Of a stretch of DNA of 24,000 nt, positions 14,912 through 24,000 are shown in pieces. The notes under the pieces were generated by a model. It was not told the origin of the DNA and ran no database searches. It saw nothing but the letters and a program-made list of their open reading frames with translations. Source of the stretch: Acidobacteriota bacterium (GTDB lineage Bacteria > Acidobacteriota > Thermoanaerobaculia > Thermoanaerobaculales > Thermoanaerobaculaceae); NCBI GenBank assembly GCA_050257595.1, contig JBLMXF010000025.1, forward strand, positions 38,392 to 62,391. Reading direction: 5' to 3'. Within the stretch, counting starts at the first letter, position 1. The number at the start of each line of letters is the position of its first letter. The translations under genes were made by a program, and so were the position numbers.

Positions 14912-16453
14912 CTAGCGGTTGCGGCCGTACTTCTCGTGTGAGGAGACCCAGTCCAGCGACGAGATCGCCGCGCCGAGCGAGATCTCACCGGCCAGCGCCA
15001 CTCCCGCCACGATCTCGGCGAACTTGTTGACCTTCCCCCGGCCGGAGCATCCCAGGATCTCGAGACATTCGCGCTGGGTGGCGAGCCCGGTCCCACCGCC
15101 ATAGGTCGCCACGATCAGCGACGGGATGGTGAGGGAGATGTAGAGGTCTCTCTCCGGAGTCAGCTCGGTGTAGAGGATGCCCGCCGACGACTCGGCGACG
15201 TTGGCCACGTCCTGGCCGGTGGCGATGAACATGGCGGTGATGCCGTTGGGCGAGTGTGCGCCGTTGTTGTTCGCCCCGGAGAGAAACGCTCCGATGGAGC
15301 CGACACCCCAGTGGTAGTTGAGGCTCTCGGGCTCCACCCTCATGTGCTCGATGAGGATCGACCGGGGGATGACGGCCTCCGCCGTCACCCGCTTCCCCCG
15401 TGTCCTCATGATGTTGACCTGTGACGCCTTCTTGTCGGTGGCAAGGTTGGACTCCAGGTAGAACTTGCGCACCGTGTCGATCTGCTCGAGGATCCATGAG
15501 CAGGCGGCGAACGTGGCGCGTCCGACCATGTTCTGGCCGGCGGCGTCGCCCGTGGTGAAGTTGAAGCGCAGGTAGGCGAACTTGTTGGACAGGTAGGTGT
15601 CGACGTAGAGCAGCTTCGCGACGGACGAGGTGGCCTCGGCGGTCTCGCGGATCGCATCGATGTTTTCGTCGACCCAATCGCGAAAGGCACGCGCCTCACG
15701 TGCCGAGTCGAAGATGAACACGGGCGCGCGTTGCATGCAGTCGGCGAGGACCGTGCAGGTGGCACCCCCGGACAGGGTGAGGACCTTGATGCCGCGGTTG
15801 TAGGAGGCGACCAGGGTGCCCTCGGTTGTCGCGAGCGGGATCAGGAAGTCTCCCTTGGCGTGCTCTCCGTTGACCCGCAGGGGCCCGGCAAAGCCGATCG
15901 GCACCTGCGCCACGCCGGTGAAGTTCTCGATGTTCCCCATCGTGGTCCCGGGATCGAAGGAGTAGCGGGAGAGATGAGCAAGCTTCGTCCCGCTGAATTG
16001 CTCGACGAACGCCTGGCGGGCGCTGATGATCTCCGGCGTGCAGTTGTTGTCCTTGTCGGCGGGCACGCTGACCCGTACATGCTTGATCTCCGCGATGGTG
16101 TCCTTGACCGTGAACGAGAGCTTGCCGAACGGCACCGCCTCGAAGGCGATCGTGATCTCGTGGGTCCCCGTGGTGAGCCTCTCGTTGGCGGCGTGGATGC
16201 TGACGATCTTGCGCAACGGGAAAGGTACCGAACGGTCGGGTGAGATGTCGCAAGCGAGGACTTTCTGCCCGACGCCGAGGTCGAGGGCGAGCCTGTCGAT
16301 CGGGATCTCCTCGTCGTTGATCCGGATGCCGACCAGACGGGTCAGAGTGGCATCCGAGAGGCGGTTCTTGAGCGAGAAGCGCACGCCGTCAGGGACATTT
16401 TCCAGGCTCCCGAAGGTGTACAACTGCTTCAGAATGAGGGACGGCACCCGCAT
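14912..16453 (-). CDS. class I HMG-CoA reductase catalytic core fused to an unrecognised ~150-aa N-terminal domain
   Basis: Start MRVPSLILKQLY (cat 16451-16453; AGGGGG upstream). Core motifs: ENFTGVAQVPIGFAGPL, PLATTEGTLVASYNRG, GDAAGQNM, ATDKKAS, ATGQDVAN and the C-terminal VSSHEKYGRN. Confidence 0.85.
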   Translation of the reverse strand: MRVPSLILKQLYTFGSLENVPDGVRFSLKNRLSDATLTRLVGIRINDEEIPIDRLALDLGVGQKVLACDISPDRSVPFPLRKIVSIHAANERLTTGTHEITIAFEAVPFGKLSFTVKDTIAEIKHVRVSVPADKDNNCTPEIISARQAFVEQFSGTKLAHLSRYSFDPGTTMGNIENFTGVAQVPIGFAGPLRVNGEHAKGDFLIPLATTEGTLVASYNRGIKVLTLSGGATCTVLADCMQRAPVFIFDSAREARAFRDWVDENIDAIRETAEATSSVAKLLYVDTYLSNKFAYLRFNFTTGDAAGQNMVGRATFAACSWILEQIDTVRKFYLESNLATDKKASQVNIMRTRGKRVTAEAVIPRSILIEHMRVEPESLNYHWGVGSIGAFLSGANNNGAHSPNGITAMFIATGQDVANVAESSAGILYTELTPERDLYISLTIPSLIVATYGGGTGLATQRECLEILGCSGRGKVNKFAEIVAGVALAGEISLGAAISSLDWVSSHEKYGRNR

Positions 16454-16636
16454 GTGAACCCCCTGTTCCGGTGGAACACGAGGAGGATACACCAGGCCGC
16501 CGGCGGCGCCGGGAACGGCACCGGCCCTGACGCGGGAGGCTGACATTCCGCCGTGGTCGGAGCAGGGGAGCGGGAGAGCGCGGGCAGCCGGAGACGTGGA
16601 GTCCACCTCGCTTCCCGGGCGTCGCAGAGGCGACGG

Positions 16637-18382
16637 TCAGCGGCTCGTCGGCAACCGGCGCTCGGCCGGGTAGGGCAGCTCCTCAGGCGACTCGCCCGCG
16701 TGGTGGCGTCTCTGCAAAGCCTGCCAGAACTCGGGCTCGAAGAGGTCGCGGTGACGCTCCATGAGGGTCTCGCGCAGGACCTGAGAGAGGCCGAGGAAGC
16801 GCGGGAACTCCTCGGGGAAGATATCGTTCTCGGCTACGGAGAACCAGGGTTCAGCCGCGGTCTCGTCGTCGTCGAAACGGGACGGAGGGATCCGCCGGAA
16901 GCGCAGGTCGGTGAGCAGACACAGCTCGTCGTAGTCGTAGAACACCACCCGGCCGTGCCGGGTCACGCCGAAGTTCTTGAGCAGCATGTCGCCCGGGAAG
17001 ATGTTCGCCGCAGCCAGGTCCTTGATCGCCTGACCGAAGTCAAGCACGGCCTGGCGGGCCGCCGCCTCGGGTGCCTCGCGGAGGTAGAGGTTGAGCGGAG
17101 TGACCCGGCGCTCGGTGAACAGGTGGTGGATCACGACGTCGTTGCCATCCAGCTCCACCGTCCTGCTCGCGTCTCGCAGCAGGCTGTCGAGGAGAGGCGC
17201 GGTAAAGCGGCTCCTGTCGAAGCGGAGATGCTCGAACGACTGGGCGTCCACCAGTCGCCCCGCCCGGTCGCGGTTGAAGACCAGGCGATAGCGGTCGAGG
17301 ACGTCCTGTCGAGTGGTCGTCTTCGGGTAGCCGGCGTAGTCCCTGATCACCTTGAGCACGACGTCGTAGGAGCGCAGCGTGAAGACGAGCATGACCAGTC
17401 CCGGCTCACCGCGCGCGGGCTCGAAGGCGTCGCTCGTCGTCCGCAGGTGATGCAGGATGCTGCGGTAGAGCTCGGTCTTGCCATGCTTGTGGAAACCGAT
17501 GGCGGTGTACAGCTCCGCGAGGGGCTTGCGGGGCATGATCGCCCGCAGGAAGTCGATCAGCTCCCGGGGCCTGTCGGCCGCGACGTGGAAGTAGGAGCGG
17601 GTGAAGCTGAAGACGATCGAGACCTCATCCTCGCTGGTCAGCACGGCGTCCACTCGGAGGCCGGCGCCCGGGTTGGTCAGCGCGATGAGCAAGGGGACGG
17701 TGCCGTCGCTTCCCCGCAGGCTCCCGACCACGAATGCACGCCGCCCGCGGAAGAAGATCGGGCTGAGCAGCTCGAGGCTGATCGGCGCGCCGAAAGGGCG
17801 GCGGGGTGAGAGGACCTGCTCGTGGATCGCGTCGGCGCAACGCGAGGCATCGGCCGAGAGGTCGGCGAGCTGCGACTCCAGCGGCAGCTCCGCGAGCGCT
17901 GCGAGGACCAGCTCACGCAGGTCGCCATCCGCGTGGTAGTGCCGAGTCAAGGTGGTCTGCCCGGACGACGGGAGGAGCTCGAAGTCTGAGTCGACGAACT
18001 CGATCTCCGCGTCCACGCCGACGGTCGAGAAGATCCGTCGAGTCACCGAGTTGAAGAACGTCTCGGCGATCTCGAGATCGGCGCGTCCGGCGCATGCCCG
18101 GGAGTACTCACGCTTCATGCCGGTCCACACCGCGTGCTCGCTGATCCCTGGCCCGAGGATGGCGCGGGTGACGCCGACGACGTCATCGACCGCATGGGAG
18201 TAGAGCTCGAGGCGCTCGCGAGCGTCGTGCTGCAGGCCGCCCCAGTCGCGAGACTCGAACCGGCCGCTCGCGCGGCCGGTGATCTCGTCGAACGCGGCCC
18301 GGTACCTGAGGTATGCGTGACTGATGGCACGCGCCCCGCGGTGGGCCACGAGGGTCTCGGCGCTCTCACGCATGACGGCCAT
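16637..18382 (-). CDS. aceK: bifunctional isocitrate dehydrogenase kinase/phosphatase
   Basis: 581 aa, collinear with E. coli AceK as I recall it. Examples: AETFFNSVTRRIF, SIVFSFTRSYF, ELYTAIGFHKHGKTELYR, LAAANIFPGDMLLKNFGVTRHGRVVFYDYDELC and FPEEF. Confidence 0.92.
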   Translation of the reverse strand: MAVMRESAETLVAHRGARAISHAYLRYRAAFDEITGRASGRFESRDWGGLQHDARERLELYSHAVDDVVGVTRAILGPGISEHAVWTGMKREYSRACAGRADLEIAETFFNSVTRRIFSTVGVDAEIEFVDSDFELLPSSGQTTLTRHYHADGDLRELVLAALAELPLESQLADLSADASRCADAIHEQVLSPRRPFGAPISLELLSPIFFRGRRAFVVGSLRGSDGTVPLLIALTNPGAGLRVDAVLTSEDEVSIVFSFTRSYFHVAADRPRELIDFLRAIMPRKPLAELYTAIGFHKHGKTELYRSILHHLRTTSDAFEPARGEPGLVMLVFTLRSYDVVLKVIRDYAGYPKTTTRQDVLDRYRLVFNRDRAGRLVDAQSFEHLRFDRSRFTAPLLDSLLRDASRTVELDGNDVVIHHLFTERRVTPLNLYLREAPEAAARQAVLDFGQAIKDLAAANIFPGDMLLKNFGVTRHGRVVFYDYDELCLLTDLRFRRIPPSRFDDDETAAEPWFSVAENDIFPEEFPRFLGLSQVLRETLMERHRDLFEPEFWQALQRRHHAGESPEELPYPAERRLPTSR

Positions 18383-18426
18383 CCGGCGGCGCAGGCGTGA
18401 TCCCGTTGCCCTGTCCGCCCAACGCC

Positions 18427-19480
<1,054 letters not shown>

Positions 19481-19646
19481 CCCCGGCGGGGGGTGGCGGC
19501 GGCGCTCCTCGCCGCGCCCTCACGGGACTAGCTGGGGGCTCCTTCCAGAGCCGCGCAGGACCGTTCGCTCCCGCCTTCTGGTCGGGCGGGATCCGCCCGG
19601 GGGCGACGCGATCCTGTCTCCACGGTTCGAGCAAACCGCTGAAGAT

Positions 19647-19655
19647 TGGTACAAT
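19647..19655 (+). promoter_or_regulatory. extended -10 element (TGgTACAAT) ahead of the 858-aa gene
   Basis: TG at 19647-19648, then TACAAT at 19650-19655, inside the most AT-rich patch of the spacer. The -35 is poor (TTCGAG, 18-nt spacing). It lies about 20-27 nt before the GTG start candidates. Confidence 0.35.
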
Positions 19656-19675
19656 AAGCCGATATTGCTGAGGGG

Positions 19676-22252
19676 GTGGCGGTGGGCGACATCGACGGGC
19701 GAGTCCGCGAGGCGCTGACGGAGATGCAGATGTACCTCTCCGATGCGCTCGCCCCGCTGGTGGTCGCGGACTCGCTGGAGCTCCTCCTCAAGTACGCCCC
19801 GGACCTGATGGCTGCCGGCATCCACGAGTGGACGATCACCCAGTCCCGGTCCGAGGGCGGCACGGTGCCGTTCTCCGACTACCTCTACCACGCCCTCCGT
19901 AAGCTCAGCCTGATCGGCGAGTTCAAGCTGGTGCCGAAAGAGGAGCTGGACCAGCGGATCGAGGACCTCAAGCCGATCGTGCTGGAACTGTGTCCCCCGG
20001 GTGACCGGGAGACGCTCCGGGCGAACCTGGAGCGCCTGAAGGACCCCCAGACCGGCGCTGCTCCTCCGGTCTCCCAGCTTCACCGCCAGATGGTCTCGCA
20101 GGCCCCCCTGGCGAGCCAGACACGAGGAGTCAGCGCGCAGGACTTCACGACCTCCGGTCGCCTTTCGAGGCTGGCGCAGCAGCTCGAGACCGTGGCGTCG
20201 GCGACGATGACCAGCCTGACCGCCAGTACCATGGCGTCTGCGACCCAGCCGGGCGCGCCGGCGGTTACGGCCGCGCCCCCTCAAGCCATGACCGGAACCG
20301 GCCAAGCCGGCTCCGTACCGCCGCCGGTCGTCCCGCTGGTGACGGCGCCAGCGCAGCAGCAGGGTAACCTCGTCACCCAGATCCTCGTGGTGGCGGCCGG
20401 GAACAACCAGAACCCCGAGGACTTCAAGCGCGCGCGCGATTTCGTCCTCAGCCGCGGCTCGGAAGCGTCGATGGAGCAGGTCATCAGGGCGCTGGGCAGC
20501 AACCTGCCGGGCTACATGGTGGTGCCACCCGAGGGGCAGAGCCAGTCCGGGACCGTTCTGCCCTATCGGAGCGGCGTCGCCGAGGCACTCCGCAAGATCG
20601 TGACGGTCGAGGAGGACCCCAAGGAGGGAGCCAAGCGCCTCCACGAGATGGTCCGCGCCGCGGTCGAGCAGCTCAACGAAGGTCAGCTGGGGCGGGCAGT
20701 CACCATGTTCGAGCTCGCCGAACGAATCATCGCCGAGACCAAGCTCGATCCCGTCATCGTTCAGCAGGTCCGGGAGCGCGCCCATGAGTCGCTTGACGAG
20801 GGCCGGCTTCGCAAGCTCGCCGAGGACCCCGACTCGCAGGCTCCGCTCCGTCGCGTTCTCAGTTTCTTCCCCGCGCTCGCTCCACCGGACCTTCTGGCGT
20901 CGCTGCAGGGCGAGGAGCGGCGGGACCGCCGACGCCTGATCCTGGCGCTCCTCGAGGCCCACGGGACGGCCGCGAGAGCCGAATCGTTCGAGCGCCTCAA
21001 GAACTCGATGGGCACATTCGGCGACAACGACTCCTACTTCCAGCGCAACCTGCTCTACCTGCTGCGCCGTATCCCCAAGCCTGCCGACGTGCCGTGGGAA
21101 CCCGAGCTCGACCTCGTCTGCCAGCTCAGCGAGCCGGGGCACCCCCTCCCCCTGGTCAAGGAGGCGCTCGCGAACCTCGGACAGATCAAGCACGAAGACG
21201 CCGAACGCACGCTCATCGCTCGCGTGGGCGACTTCGAGGCCATGCTGCTGAAGCCGACCCAGGCCGTCTACACGCCGGGCGATGCGCTCTCGCTCCTCGA
21301 TCGCGCGATCTACGCACTGGCACGCTATGGCACGGTGGGTGCCCTGCGTGCCGTGGTCAACCATGGTCTCAAGCGCCAGTCCCATCTCGGCGACACCACG
21401 GCCCGTCTCGCGGAGCTCTCCGGCCAGGACCTTTCGTTCGACGAAGAGTCGGTGGCACGTCTGGTAAAGGCCCTGGAGTCGGAGCTGCCGCGCAAGGTGT
21501 TCGGCTTCGTGATCGAGCGGGGCAAACCCAGGGCGAAGGGGCTCATTGCCGCATTGTCGGCGACCCCGACGAGCGCGGTGCGGGCCGCCCTCGAGGATGT
21601 CGTCGAGCGCTTCCCCGACGAGGACTTCGGCCGTTCCGCGGCCCAGGTCCTCAGGAGCTTCAAGACCGCCCCCCGCAGCACGGAGAAGGCGGTCAAGTCG
21701 CTCTCCGGCGACCTCGATCTCTTCGGCCTGCCGACGCTCCTCCAGAACCTCGCCCAGTCGCAGGCCGGTGGCCTGCTCACCCTCAAGGACCGTCACGAGC
21801 AGGTGGTGGGCACGATCATTCTCGAGGAGGGCAGGATGCTCGGCGCCCGTGTCGGTCCGCTGCGCGGCGAGCACGCCGTTTATCAGCTGCTCGAGCGCCC
21901 GACCGGAGGGAACTTCGTCTTCGTCAGTCCGTACGACGTCTCCACTGACACGGCGGTGCGACCAGGCGTGACGGCCGAGGTGGTGCCGCTCCTGTTCGAG
22001 GGCATCCGACGCTACGACGAGTACCAGCAGGCGTGTGCGTTGATCCCCGACGACGTGACGCTCCAGCCGACCGGCAGCAAGCCCACCCGGCTCGCCGACG
22101 AGGCCGACAAGACCTTTCTGAACGCCCTGTGGAGCAAGGTCACTGCGGGTGCCACCCCCATCCAGTGCGAGGAGTCGCTGCCGGTGGACGCGTACCGCGT
22201 GCGCCGGATGATCGCCCACTGGGTCGAAGGCGGGGCTCTGACCCTGTCGTGA
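19676..22252 (+). CDS. large helical-repeat protein with C-terminal DUF4388-like domain, function unknown
   Basis: High third-position G/C and normal amino-acid composition, unlike the antisense ORF. The C-terminal block LSGDLDLFGLPTLLQNLAQSQAGGLLTLKD...GTIILEEGRMLGARVGPLRGEHAVYQLLERPTGGNFVFV...LLFEGIRRYDEY fits the DUF4388 pattern. The start is either GTG 19676 or GTG 19682 (AGGGGG at 19671-19676 favours 19682). Confidence 0.8.
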   Translation: MAVGDIDGRVREALTEMQMYLSDALAPLVVADSLELLLKYAPDLMAAGIHEWTITQSRSEGGTVPFSDYLYHALRKLSLIGEFKLVPKEELDQRIEDLKPIVLELCPPGDRETLRANLERLKDPQTGAAPPVSQLHRQMVSQAPLASQTRGVSAQDFTTSGRLSRLAQQLETVASATMTSLTASTMASATQPGAPAVTAAPPQAMTGTGQAGSVPPPVVPLVTAPAQQQGNLVTQILVVAAGNNQNPEDFKRARDFVLSRGSEASMEQVIRALGSNLPGYMVVPPEGQSQSGTVLPYRSGVAEALRKIVTVEEDPKEGAKRLHEMVRAAVEQLNEGQLGRAVTMFELAERIIAETKLDPVIVQQVRERAHESLDEGRLRKLAEDPDSQAPLRRVLSFFPALAPPDLLASLQGEERRDRRRLILALLEAHGTAARAESFERLKNSMGTFGDNDSYFQRNLLYLLRRIPKPADVPWEPELDLVCQLSEPGHPLPLVKEALANLGQIKHEDAERTLIARVGDFEAMLLKPTQAVYTPGDALSLLDRAIYALARYGTVGALRAVVNHGLKRQSHLGDTTARLAELSGQDLSFDEESVARLVKALESELPRKVFGFVIERGKPRAKGLIAALSATPTSAVRAALEDVVERFPDEDFGRSAAQVLRSFKTAPRSTEKAVKSLSGDLDLFGLPTLLQNLAQSQAGGLLTLKDRHEQVVGTIILEEGRMLGARVGPLRGEHAVYQLLERPTGGNFVFVSPYDVSTDTAVRPGVTAEVVPLLFEGIRRYDEYQQACALIPDDVTLQPTGSKPTRLADEADKTFLNALWSKVTAGATPIQCEESLPVDAYRVRRMIAHWVEGGALTLS

Positions 22253-22554
22253 GTGGTGGGCGGGGTCGCCCTCCTCTGTAGGGAGGCTGCTGCCCCGGTG
22301 TCGACCCGCAGTTGACGACGCCGGGGGCGGCCGTGCGGCCCGGCCGGTCCGGCACCTCGATCCGAGCCGCCGACGGGCGGAGGCCGCAGGCCAGCTCAGA
22401 TCCGCGCGGCTCGCCCGGCTGTGGCCATTGCCCGGATGTCAGGTGCCGCGCCGCCCGAGGGTGCGAGAGGAGATCAGCGTCCAGACCAGCGAGGAATCCG
22501 GCGGGAGATCGGCCGAGCCCGGCCGGCCAGGCGCACAGGTCCGGAGCCGCGAGG

Positions 22555-23808
22555 TCACGCCATGGGATCCGGTGTCTGAGCGCCGGCCCTCGGGTAGTTG
22601 GCCGCGACGTACTCCTCGACCAGCCTCTGGAAGGCCTCAGCCAACTCCTCGTAGGTCCCCTTGAGCGTCGTGAACTTCTCGCCGTCGACGTAGACCGGGC
22701 ACGAGGGAGCCTCGCCAGTGCCGGGGAGCGAGATGCCGATGTTCGCCGCCCGCGACTCGCCTGGGCCGTTGACCACGCAGCCCATCACGGCGAGGCTGAG
22801 GGTCTCGACGCCCTGGTAGGTTGCCTTCCACTCGGGCATGCGCTCGCGCACGTAGCTCTGGATGCGCTCGGCGAGCGCCTGGAAGGTCGTCGAGGTGGTG
22901 CGTCCGCACCCCGGACAGGCGGTGACGGATGGGGCGAAGGCACGCAATCCGAGAGCCTGGAGAAGTTCGCATGCCGCGAAGACCTCGTCGCGCCGGTCCC
23001 CCCCCGGACGAGGGGTCAGCGAGACTCGAATCGTGTCGCCGATCCCCTCCTCGAGCAGGGTTCCCATCGCGGCGGCGGACCACACGAGCCCCTTGATCCC
23101 CATGCCGGCCTCGGTGAGGCCGAGGTGAAGCGGTTGGGTGGTCCGTCCTGCGAGTGCCCGGTAGACGGCGATCAGCGACGAGGGCCGCGAGAGCTTGCAG
23201 GAGATGATGATCTGCGACTCCGCGAGCCCAGCCTCGTGCGCCAGCTCGGTGGACTGGAGGGCGGAGAGAACCATGCATTCGTTGACGATCTCCTCTGACG
23301 ACAGGCCCAGAGCGCGGTCGGTGTTCTCGGCCATCCTGGCGGTCACCAGCTCCTGGTTGAGCGACCCGGCGTTGACCCCGATCCGGATCGGCTTGCCGTT
23401 CTCGAGGGCGATCCTGCAGATGGTCGTGAAGTTCTCGTCGCGCCTGGCGCCGTGACCGACGTTGCCCGGGTTGATGCGGTACTTGTCGAGGGCCTGGGCG
23501 CACGCGGGGAACTGCCGGAGCAGGAGGTGGCCGTTGAAGTGGAAGTCCCCGATCACCGGGACGTCGCACCCCTCGGCGCGCAGCCGGCGGACGATCTCCG
23601 GCACCGCCGCCGCCGCCTCGGGGACGTTGACGGTGACCCGGACGAGCTCTGATCCCGCCTCGGCCAAGATGCGGACCTGCTCGGCGGTCGCTGCGACGTC
23701 GGCGGTGTCGGTCGAGGTCATCGACTGAACCACGACCGGGGCGCCGCCGCCGACCTGGACATGTCCCACCTTGACGGCCGTCGTGGCGCGTCGCTGTGCT
23801 CCGCTCAT
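22555..23808 (-). CDS. ispG: 4-hydroxy-3-methylbut-2-enyl diphosphate synthase (MEP pathway)
   Basis: Start [31 protein letters not shown] (cat 23806-23808; GGGAGG upstream). Also RINPGNVG, and the C-terminal Cys ligands ACPGCGRT and [10 protein letters not shown]. Confidence 0.93.
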   Translation of the reverse strand: MSGAQRRATTAVKVGHVQVGGGAPVVVQSMTSTDTADVAATAEQVRILAEAGSELVRVTVNVPEAAAAVPEIVRRLRAEGCDVPVIGDFHFNGHLLLRQFPACAQALDKYRINPGNVGHGARRDENFTTICRIALENGKPIRIGVNAGSLNQELVTARMAENTDRALGLSSEEIVNECMVLSALQSTELAHEAGLAESQIIISCKLSRPSSLIAVYRALAGRTTQPLHLGLTEAGMGIKGLVWSAAAMGTLLEEGIGDTIRVSLTPRPGGDRRDEVFAACELLQALGLRAFAPSVTACPGCGRTTSTTFQALAERIQSYVRERMPEWKATYQGVETLSLAVMGCVVNGPGESRAANIGISLPGTGEAPSCPVYVDGEKFTTLKGTYEELAEAFQRLVEEYVAANYPRAGAQTPDPMA

Positions 23809-23885
23809 CGAGGCAACCTCCCGGGCGTCCTCACTCCCTCTCAGCTTAGCAACGTGTGCCCGCGCCACGGCAGTCCCGGGAGGTT

Positions 23886-23947
23886 GAGGCCTGGAGCTCG
23901 GGACCTGAGAAGAGGGAAAGCAGGAGTCTTCCGTCTCTCCAGGCCTC
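23886..23947. repeat. 11-bp perfect inverted repeat (GAGGCCTGGAG / CTCCAGGCCTC) upstream of ispG
   Basis: Arms lie at 23886-23896 and 23937-23947, separated by 40 nt containing an inner GAAGA/TCTTC pair. Function is unknown and the element is close to the window edge. Confidence 0.6.
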
Positions 23948-24000
23948 GAGCCCCACGCCTAAGGCCCGCGCCCCAGGGCTCAAGCCCCCTCCCCGCGCCT

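Noticed and set aside
14912-16606. 564-aa version of the HMGR ORF starting at 16606
   Set aside because: The extra 51 residues (MDSTSPAARALPLPCSDHGG...) are low-complexity and lack a ribosome-binding site. ATG 16453 has AGGGGG upstream. The start remains somewhat uncertain.
19520-22219. 899-aa minus-strand ORF spanning almost the whole 858-aa gene
   Set aside because: It is an antisense shadow ORF, typical of very GC-rich DNA. Its product is Arg/Gly/His/Asp/Leu-rich with no recognisable fold pattern. The plus-strand frame has the G/C-rich third positions, normal composition and a recognisable C-terminal domain.
22253-22554. 302-bp convergent spacer between the 858-aa gene and ispG, examined for a small gene, tRNA or terminator
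   Set aside because: There is no tRNA-like T-arm or acceptor pattern, no U-tract terminator, and only a 5-bp CCTCC/GGAGG stem. ORFs here are continuations of the ispG antisense frame. Nothing supportable.

Overview
Very GC-rich bacterial chromosomal window; third codon positions are almost all G/C, and exact GC was not computed. I support about 21 protein-coding genes. By eye I found no rRNA, tRNA, CRISPR array, transposase or integrase. Left 5.8 kb is an arsenic detoxification island. Its minus-strand operon is arsR-acr3-arsM-arsP, continued through overlapping or near-abutting stop/start codons into a secreted thioredoxin, CcdA and a small Trx-fold protein. A thioredoxin-coupled arsC is divergent from it. 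The middle holds a saccharopine-dehydrogenase-family gene and a translationally coupled pair of ArsA/Get3-like P-loop ATPases that lack the ArsA metalloid cysteines. An SCP2 lipid-binding protein follows, then a convergent WS/DGAT acyltransferase and a divergent phaR plus PhaF/PhaI-type phasin. These are followed by a minus-strand string: adk, aceK, a class I HMG-CoA reductase with an unrecognised ~150-aa N-terminal domain, and an ABC1/UbiB-family kinase. The right end holds a small 2-TM protein, an 858-aa helical-repeat protein ending in a DUF4388-like domain, and ispG. The signals most worth follow-up are: (1) a 17-bp dyad, ATGCCGC-N3-GCGGCAT, repeated three times between the WS/DGAT gene and phaR, overlapping a near-consensus promoter, with a core copy before the phasin gene; (2) the orphan N-terminally extended HMG-CoA reductase in a genome that also carries the MEP gene ispG; (3) the clustering of Get3-like ATPases, SCP2, WS/DGAT, PhaR, phasin and an ABC1 kinase, which looks like a storage-lipid body module; (4) a periplasm-directed thiol-reducing module built into the ars operon. 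All functional calls rest on motif recognition from memory, not database searches.
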